From Rhodoferax sp. (GTDB lineage Bacteria > Pseudomonadota > Gammaproteobacteria > Burkholderiales > Burkholderiaceae_C): a stretch of DNA of 39,858 nt. Position numbers and translations under genes: made by a program. Numbering within the stretch: position 1 is the first letter of the stretch; each line of letters starts with the position of its first letter. The notes beneath the pieces are model-generated. The model made no database searches and was not told the origin of the DNA. It was given only the letters and a program-made list of their open reading frames with translations. Location: positions 1 through 39,858 of the forward strand of contig JALNWC010000001.1 in assembly GCA_023231075.1 (NCBI GenBank), in the 5' to 3' direction. This document shows positions 33,809-39,858 of this stretch, in pieces.

Positions 33809-35740
33809 TTAATTGATGGGCGTGGTGATGGTTTCGATCAAATTACCGTCGCGGTCGCGGGTGTGCACCTGGCGCATGGCGGCACGGGGCGCGGGCTGCA
33901 CCACCACGGTGGGCGCGGGCACGTTGACTTGCGTGGCTTCTACCGTGTAGGCGGTCTGCACCAGACCCTCGGGCAAGTTGACGTTGATTTCATGGCCCTC
34001 GATCGTGACCGGAGGCGTGTTGATGGTGATGCTGCGCGGCTCGGCGGCCAGGGCATCCAAGCTGGCTTGAAAGCGGTCAATGGCGGCATCGCGGGAAGAC
34101 GCGGCGGCGGTTTTGGCGGGTGCGTCATCAGGCTCAGGCGGTGCATTGGTCGATGTTGCCGGGCTGCCGGGTGGCGGAACATAAATGCCGTCGCGCTTTT
34201 CGGCATTGATTTCCTTCACCCGCTGCTCGTGCTTTTGTTCCCAGTCCACACCATCGTGCAGTATGGATTCGGCCTGCTTGGTGCTGATGCCCAGGTTCAC
34301 CCGCGCCTGCGCGGCGGCCACTTCTTTGGCCGGGTCGATTGAGCCGGGGCCGTCGCCGGTCCAGATAGCAGCACACCAAGCGGCGCGCACAATGTCGTCG
34401 GCAAAAAAGCCGGGGCAGTGGATGCGCCCCTCGGCCACCTCGTCGGCCAGCCACAGCTCGATCACCGGCTGGCACAGGTTCTTGGCCAGAAAATCGCGCT
34501 TGCTGCGAAAGGCTTTCCAGGCCATCAACAGCGCGGCCCGGGCAGCGCTGTAGGATGATTGAAAGTGCATCACCAGCACCTCGAACGGCATCTCCAGCGC
34601 CATGCCGATCTGGCGCACCATGGCGGTCCAGAACGGGTCAAACGCCGGGTTCGGGCGGCCCGGCGCGGGGCTTTCAATGCTTTCGCCGGGCAGCAAATTG
34701 ATGGCCTTGCCACTGTCCATCTCGCCACTCCATTTGCTGGCGGCATCCACAATGGCGCCCTGCGCGTCTTCGTCGTACAAATTGTCAAAGGCGTCGGGGT
34801 CCATCTTGATGAAGGTGGCCATCAGGCCGCTGACCACCGCCGCGTGCAGTTCGGCATCACTCCAGCGCCCGAGCTGTTTGAGGGGTTCCAGAATGGGCGC
34901 AATCCACGGCACGCCGCGCACCTGGCCGGGGCGCAGTGGCTTGAACAGGCGTAGCACATTGCGCCGCCCGGTGCTGTCACCCCGCATGGCCACGCGCTGC
35001 CAGGTGTTTTTGCCTATGGCGGTGGCGTTGCCCGGGTGCTGGCGGGCCACGTGGATGGCCAGCGCCTCGCCGGTGGGCGGGTGGATCTCGATGCCGTCAA
35101 TCAGCGTGTCAGTGTCTTGCGCGCGATCGGGGTTGCAAATGCGGTCGGCCTCGATGAGCTGCAGGGCCAGGCGCGCCGGGCGGCCGCTGCGCGCCATGCG
35201 CGGCGTGAGCACGGCCACGTCGCCGCTCTCCAGAAAGCTGCGAAAACACAGTTCCTGCAAGCCGTAAAAATCCAGCTGGCGGGCGGCATCACAGTCCGGC
35301 GACTCGGCCCAGGCCTTGAAACGGCGCTTGGCGTCGTCTTGCCAGGCCTCGACCTGGGCATCACTCAGGCCCAAAAATTTGGCGTCAATCGCCGGGGTGT
35401 ACGTCAGCCCGGTGCCCACCACGTGGCTGACCGTGGTGTTGAGCGCACCCAGCGCGATCGGTGCATTGCGCATCTGGTCACGCGAGCGGGCCCGCAGCAT
35501 GGGCAGGTCGCGCACGGTGTCGGCATTGGCACTGCCCGCCGTGGGTAGCCAGCGCGAGAGCTGGGCGCGGTCAATGCGCGCGCCGGTGTAGCCGCCTGAC
35601 AACGCCAGCTGGGTGCGCTGCTGCATGCGCTGCAGCGCCAGGCCGGGGCGCACATAAGCAATGGCTTTGTCGAGCAGGTTCTGGCCCACCAGGGGCGCGG
35701 GGTTTGGCCCTCGGGGCGGGTTGGGTGTGCCGCCCATCAT
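33809..35740 (-). CDS. portal protein, lambda family, with C-terminal extension
   Basis: LRARSRDQMRN, LQLIEADRI, RPGQVRGVP, SYSAARAAL, IDPAKEV. Confidence 0.93.
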   Translation of the reverse strand: MMGGTPNPPRGPNPAPLVGQNLLDKAIAYVRPGLALQRMQQRTQLALSGGYTGARIDRAQLSRWLPTAGSANADTVRDLPMLRARSRDQMRNAPIALGALNTTVSHVVGTGLTYTPAIDAKFLGLSDAQVEAWQDDAKRRFKAWAESPDCDAARQLDFYGLQELCFRSFLESGDVAVLTPRMARSGRPARLALQLIEADRICNPDRAQDTDTLIDGIEIHPPTGEALAIHVARQHPGNATAIGKNTWQRVAMRGDSTGRRNVLRLFKPLRPGQVRGVPWIAPILEPLKQLGRWSDAELHAAVVSGLMATFIKMDPDAFDNLYDEDAQGAIVDAASKWSGEMDSGKAINLLPGESIESPAPGRPNPAFDPFWTAMVRQIGMALEMPFEVLVMHFQSSYSAARAALLMAWKAFRSKRDFLAKNLCQPVIELWLADEVAEGRIHCPGFFADDIVRAAWCAAIWTGDGPGSIDPAKEVAAAQARVNLGISTKQAESILHDGVDWEQKHEQRVKEINAEKRDGIYVPPPGSPATSTNAPPEPDDAPAKTAAASSRDAAIDRFQASLDALAAEPRSITINTPPVTIEGHEINVNLPEGLVQTAYTVEATQVNVPAPTVVVQPAPRAAMRQVHTRDRDGNLIETITTPIN

Positions 35741-35961
35741 CCGACCACCACAGTGCGCGCGCGGCCGCGGCCAGCGGCAGTGCGGGCCAGGCCGGTGACG
35801 CGGGTGTTCCACGTCTTAATGCCGTCCTGGATCTCGGCCAGATTGGCCCGCGTCAACCGCCGCCCGGCAATCTCATACGCCTGGCCCGATAAAACAGCGG
35901 TTTCGGCGGCCAGGTAGGCGTCGAGCTGCGTTTGCGCTTGAAGTAAGGTGATGCCTGCCAT
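35737..35961 (-). CDS. head completion protein (gpW-like)
   Basis: MAGITLLQAQTQLDAYLAAETAVLSGQAYEIAGRRLTRANL, directly upstream of portal. Confidence 0.8.
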   Translation of the reverse strand: MAGITLLQAQTQLDAYLAAETAVLSGQAYEIAGRRLTRANLAEIQDGIKTWNTRVTGLARTAAGRGRARTVVVG

Positions 35962-35982
35962 GTGTGTGCCTAGGTGGTAGGC

Positions 35983-36034
35983 CCTGACTTTAAAAAAATC
36001 AGGCTGTCTCAAATAGGGCAAATTGAGACGACTT
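35983..36034 (-). promoter_or_regulatory. late promoter candidate, copy 2 of the 52-bp exact repeat
   Basis: Identical to 27790-27841. Lies right after the Mor-like gene and upstream of gpW. Confidence 0.75.
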
Positions 36035-36354
36035 CAGCTAAAGCGCCCGCCGCCCTCTTTCATCACACGGTAAATGGTGGCCCGGCTCACGTTGTGGCGC
36101 GCCTCGATGTCTTGGGTGGGCATGGAGGTCAGGCCGTCCTGGTACACAGCGGCGCGCTGCTCGGGTGTGAGCCGCTTGGCGCCCTTGGGCACAAACACCC
36201 GGCGCCCGCCGTAATCGGCCTTGACGCGCTCTTCCACCTGGCGGGCCAGCGCGGCGCTGAAACCCGGCGCCATGGCAATCACCATCTGCAGCGTGTAGGC
36301 CACCACGTCGGGTTCGGGGTCGGGGTTGGGATGCATCATGGTGATATTGCTCAA
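36034..36354 (-). CDS. Mor/C-family transcription activator (late gene activator)
   Basis: DYGGRRVFVPK followed by C-terminal HTH IEARHNVSRATIYRVMK. Confidence 0.8.
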   Translation of the reverse strand: MSNITMMHPNPDPEPDVVAYTLQMVIAMAPGFSAALARQVEERVKADYGGRRVFVPKGAKRLTPEQRAAVYQDGLTSMPTQDIEARHNVSRATIYRVMKEGGGRFS

Positions 36355-37130
36355 AACAGCGCCCCCTGGTCTTTCAGCAGCGCGGTTTTCATGGCCTGCT
36401 GAAATGCGGTGTCAAAGTAGCCGGGAAAGTGCCGGTCAAACGCGCCACGACTGATGCCGTAAAAGTCGAGCACTTCCTTGTATTTGGCGCGCCTGACAAA
36501 GATCAGCATCGGCACCAGGCTGGTGCCCCAGGCGGTGTAGACGCGCTTGTACACGCCTGGCGGCAAGTGGGTAATGCCGCTGCCAACCCGGTTAACCCAA
36601 TAGGTGAAGCCGTAGGTCTTTTTTGTGCCCTTGGCCAGCCGCGTCACTGTCTTGCTGTTGGCGGTGTTGTAACCGGCCTCGGTGTAGGTGCCGAGCACGT
36701 TGAGTATCTGGCTGATCTGGCCCGCGCTCATGTTGCCGTAGGCGTCCAGCGTGGCACCCGCACCGGGCACCACGTTGTAGTTTTGCGGCAAGTAGTTGGC
36801 GCGCCACAGCCTCGCCTCCATTGTCTTGTAATGCCGCTGGCCAGCGTACACATGCGGCTCGACCATGGTGCGACTGCTCTCCACCGAGTTGCGGTCTTTG
36901 AATGCCAGCGCCGCTCCCAGCGCAGTCTTGGTGGCGTATTTGATGCGGATGCTGTTGATGACCCAGGCCGTTGGCCGGTCAAACACGCTCTTCATTTTGG
37001 TCTGCACATCGCTGCGCCCCTGCTCAGCCACCTTGTTGATGGCCAGCATCATGGCGTAGGGCAGCTGCTCCTTGGAGATTTTGAGCGCTTCCTGCAGCTG
37101 CGCCGTGTTGGTATCCAGGGTGATTTGCAT
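36351..37130 (-). CDS. phage morphogenesis protein (possibly gpZ-like tail completion), hypothetical
   Basis: 259-aa basic protein, QLPYAMMLAINKVA...VFDRPT. Confidence 0.6.
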   Translation of the reverse strand: MQITLDTNTAQLQEALKISKEQLPYAMMLAINKVAEQGRSDVQTKMKSVFDRPTAWVINSIRIKYATKTALGAALAFKDRNSVESSRTMVEPHVYAGQRHYKTMEARLWRANYLPQNYNVVPGAGATLDAYGNMSAGQISQILNVLGTYTEAGYNTANSKTVTRLAKGTKKTYGFTYWVNRVGSGITHLPPGVYKRVYTAWGTSLVPMLIFVRRAKYKEVLDFYGISRGAFDRHFPGYFDTAFQQAMKTALLKDQGALF

Positions 37131-37168
37131 GAGACGGCCTTTCAGGGTGGGTGTGGACGGGCAGACAA

Positions 37169-39190
37169 TTAGCGACGCAGGCCGGCCAGCGAAATCCGGC
37201 CGTTGTTGATCAGGTGGGCAGGCGGACGCGTTGGAGGTGCCATGGCCGGGGCGTCTGGCAGTGCAGACGTCTGCAGGGCGGGCGCAGCGTCAGCGGTGGC
37301 GGGTGCGTCAGCCGGGCTGGCCGACTCTGCGGGCGCCTCGAACAAGTCCAGCACCTGGGGCACTAGCCGGTTGCGCAGCGCCTGCCAGCCATGCTCGTTT
37401 TTCTTGTGCAGCCCCAGAAAATAGGCGGCGGCCAGGTTGTAGTTCATCAGGTCAAGCGGCTCGTTGGCTTCGCCCTTTTTCTTTTCCCACCAGCTCACCT
37501 TGCGCCCGCGTTTGTAGCCAAAGGTGCGGTACTCGGCGGTCAGGCCCTTGTAATAGCTCTCGGGCAAATCGGCGCTGAAGTGCACCGCACCCGGCCCAGT
37601 GGCCCGGTGCCAGCGCGCCTGCAGGTAATCTTTGGCGGTGTCGGGGCCGACAAACCAGAGCTGTGCGCCCTGCTTTTGCATCTGGCCGCGCCAGGTGATG
37701 TCGACCAGGCTGGGTTTGCTGCTCAAAATGGGCCGGTCCGGGCGGCTGTGCCCCTTGATGGCAAAGATGTTGCGGCGCTTGCGGCTGGCGGTAAAGTTGT
37801 ACACGTCCTGCGTGTTGGAGCCGCCCGAGTCGATAAACGTGGCGCTGATGTTCAGCATGGCGCCACTGGCATGCCGGTACCGGCCCTTGAGCAGTTCGTC
37901 GGCGCGCTCCCAGGTGGCAACTTCAGACGGTGGCGTGTTGATCACCTGGTAGTCGATCACCCACGACTCCATGCCCTCGCCCCACGCCACCACCTTCATC
38001 TCCAGCCGGTAAGCCTGCGTGTCAATCGCCGCCGTCAGGATCAGGCCGCCCATCGGCACCGTGCCCAGCCGGTACGGCTCAGCCCGCGCCATCAGCGCGT
38101 CATGGCGGGTGGATTCTTTTGACCGTGCCCAGCAGCGTGCCAGTCGCGTGTTGTAGAACACGATCATCGACTCCTCACTGCCTTCATCCAGCTTTTCCTT
38201 GGCTTTGTCGTACTGCTTGAGCAGCGAGATCCAGGGCAGCCAGCCGTACGGCAAGAACATGCCGCTGATGTCAAAGCTCTCGGTCTCGCCGTCACCCGGC
38301 ACGCCTTCACTCCAAAGGCCACGGGCAAACATGCGGGTTTTGTCGCCCTCCCCGTGCAAGCCGCCGCAGGACCGGCATGGGTAAAAGGCCTGTTTGCCGT
38401 CGTCGCTGCGAATCAGCCTGGGGGTACCGCTTTCAGTAAAAAAATCCAGCGGCTGGGCTTCACCGCAATGAATGCATTCCGCCAAGGCTTCACGCTGGGT
38501 GCCGATGACGTACAGATCAGAGATCGGGCTTTCGCCTTCAATGGTGGGCGAGCTGGGGTAGTAGCTTTTCCGATCGCGCTCGTGGCTGGTCTGGCGTGTT
38601 TCCGTCAGCTCGCGCGGGTCGCCCTCTCCATTCACGTTGTCCTTGCTGCGGTCCACCTCGTCATAAACCACATACGTCACCGACAGCTCGGACAGGTTGG
38701 CCGCGGCGCCCGCCGTCACGATGTACAGCGCGCCGCCCGGGTAGGCTTTTTGGTCATTGTTGTTGGTCGACACACGCGAGCTGGGGCGGGCAAAGCGTTC
38801 GCGCAACACAGGCACAGCAGCCACCACCTTGTCGATCCGGCTGGCCGCACGTTTGTGCAGCTTGCCGGTCGGCACCACCCACAAAAAGTTCTTCGGGCGC
38901 TGGTGCACCGTCTCGCCCAAAAAGTTCAGCGCCACCTGCGTCTTGAGCATCTGCGACGCACCACGCACCACCACGCGCTTGCAAGGGTGGTCGGCACTCA
39001 GGCACTGCATCACCATGCGGGCATGTGGTGTGCGTGACGTCTTGTATTGGCCAGGCTCTGACGCGCCGGTTTCCTTGGGCACGATCATGTGTTTGTCAGA
39101 CCACACATCCACCGACAAATTCGAGTCGGGCTCGATGCCGCGCACGAAGGCCTCAAGCATCAGGTGGTAGCCGTCGTGCATGGCACTCAT
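37169..39190 (-). CDS. terL: terminase large subunit, lambda GpA family
   Basis: SRTPHAR, GASQMLKT Walker A variant, VVYDEVD, SSPT, CxxC pairs, TAAIDTQ, IDSGG, NEPLDL. Confidence 0.95.
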   Translation of the reverse strand: MSAMHDGYHLMLEAFVRGIEPDSNLSVDVWSDKHMIVPKETGASEPGQYKTSRTPHARMVMQCLSADHPCKRVVVRGASQMLKTQVALNFLGETVHQRPKNFLWVVPTGKLHKRAASRIDKVVAAVPVLRERFARPSSRVSTNNNDQKAYPGGALYIVTAGAAANLSELSVTYVVYDEVDRSKDNVNGEGDPRELTETRQTSHERDRKSYYPSSPTIEGESPISDLYVIGTQREALAECIHCGEAQPLDFFTESGTPRLIRSDDGKQAFYPCRSCGGLHGEGDKTRMFARGLWSEGVPGDGETESFDISGMFLPYGWLPWISLLKQYDKAKEKLDEGSEESMIVFYNTRLARCWARSKESTRHDALMARAEPYRLGTVPMGGLILTAAIDTQAYRLEMKVVAWGEGMESWVIDYQVINTPPSEVATWERADELLKGRYRHASGAMLNISATFIDSGGSNTQDVYNFTASRKRRNIFAIKGHSRPDRPILSSKPSLVDITWRGQMQKQGAQLWFVGPDTAKDYLQARWHRATGPGAVHFSADLPESYYKGLTAEYRTFGYKRGRKVSWWEKKKGEANEPLDLMNYNLAAAYFLGLHKKNEHGWQALRNRLVPQVLDLFEAPAESASPADAPATADAAPALQTSALPDAPAMAPPTRPPAHLINNGRISLAGLRR

Positions 39191-39792
39191 TCGGTGGCCA
39201 CCTTCAGGCTCAGTTTTTCGCGCAGGCCTTTGGCCAGCATCTCCTGGATCGCCCGGTTATGGCGCCGCAAGATGGTGGCACAGGCATCAGCACTGACCAG
39301 CGGGGCCAGCTCGGCCGCCAGGGTGTTGACCGACGAATCCATGGCGTCTCGCAGCTCGCGGGCAATGTCAAAACCACCCCGTGTAATGTCGTTTACATCA
39401 CGCACTTCACCCTGCAGCCGGGCCAGCTCAAGCTCAGCCCGCCCGGCATTGGCCAACTCGGTCCTGGCACGCGCGGCGGTGTAGCCGTTGGGCTCAGCCG
39501 CCGGCGCGGCTGGCGGCACCGGCGCACCGGCCAACACCGCGCCGATATCGACCTGGGCAGATCCACCCGCATCTGGTGCCGCGCCACCTGGCGACACCCG
39601 CGCCCGCGTGTTGCGTTCCCATTGCGAATCAGCCAGCGACTTGTCGAGCAGCTTATCCGCACCGAACGCGCTGATGTGACCACGGTCAACCGCCTTGCGC
39701 ACCGCCTCACGCGAGCCGCCGGGCAGACCACGGTCCTTGCGCGACCGCGCATATTCGGCCTGCGTCAACAAATTGGGGTCACTTTTAGCCAT
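39187..39792 (-). CDS. terS: terminase small subunit (Nu1-like)
   Basis: N-terminal wHTH (LTQAEYAR...SREAVRKAV) and coiled coil (ARARTE...ELELARLQG). ATGA overlap with terL. Confidence 0.85.
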   Translation of the reverse strand: MAKSDPNLLTQAEYARSRKDRGLPGGSREAVRKAVDRGHISAFGADKLLDKSLADSQWERNTRARVSPGGAAPDAGGSAQVDIGAVLAGAPVPPAAPAAEPNGYTAARARTELANAGRAELELARLQGEVRDVNDITRGGFDIARELRDAMDSSVNTLAAELAPLVSADACATILRRHNRAIQEMLAKGLREKLSLKVATE

Positions 39793-39830
39793 GTGTCAAC
39801 CTCAGTGTCAACATTTACCCATCCCACTTT

Positions 39831-39858
39831 CTAGCGTTTTTTCGCGGTTCGAATTACC
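39831..39858 (-). other. cosN-like end of genome
   Basis: GGTAATTCGAAC-CGCG-AAAAAA-CGCTA has the same spacing as lambda GGGCGGCGACCT-CGCG-GGTTTT-CGCTA. It lies just upstream of terS. Confidence 0.7.

Larger units (their letters stand above)
1..39858. mobile_element. near-complete temperate lambda-like siphophage genome carrying a DGR
   Basis: Full set of packaging, head, tail, lysis, lysogeny and replication modules, internal attP, cos-like ends, no host genes. Confidence 0.93.

Noticed and set aside
35983-36034. 52-bp repeat as attL/attR or IS ends
   Set aside because: No recombinase or transposase lies between the copies, the enclosed DNA includes the essential portal, and both copies sit upstream of late genes.
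1-39858. Additional VR copies elsewhere in the genome
   Set aside because: None found by eye. A BLASTN of TR against the window with short word size would settle this.

Overview
The window looks like an essentially complete ~39.9-kb temperate, lambda-like (cos, GpA terminase, long non-contractile tail) phage genome. It is written in reverse orientation and opened at or next to cos. The host is probably a betaproteobacterium (inference only). Left part: primase/VirE-type helicase, CII-like gene, cro/cI switch with operators, early genes including a ParB protein fused to an H-NS-type DNA-binding domain, excisionase-like gene, tyrosine integrase, a moron operon, and an attP carrying the 3' half of tRNA-Asn(GTT). 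Right part (minus strand): terminase, Mor-like late activator, portal, lysis cassette, head and tail genes. The main feature is an intact diversity-generating retroelement (DGR): target gene with VR, avd, TR and RT. All 17 TR/VR mismatches over 121 bp fall at TR adenines. The DGR and lysis genes sit between portal and head protease rather than in the tail module, in a block bracketed by two identical 52-bp promoter-like repeats. The TR itself lies in a 128-codon ORF with a strong SD, a hydrophobic helix and an ATGA overlap with the RT start. A separate six-repeat Kelch-like tail protein with variable loops, and a G10 tract in another tail gene, suggest further routes to receptor variation. All product calls come from reading motifs and gene order by eye; no database searches were run.
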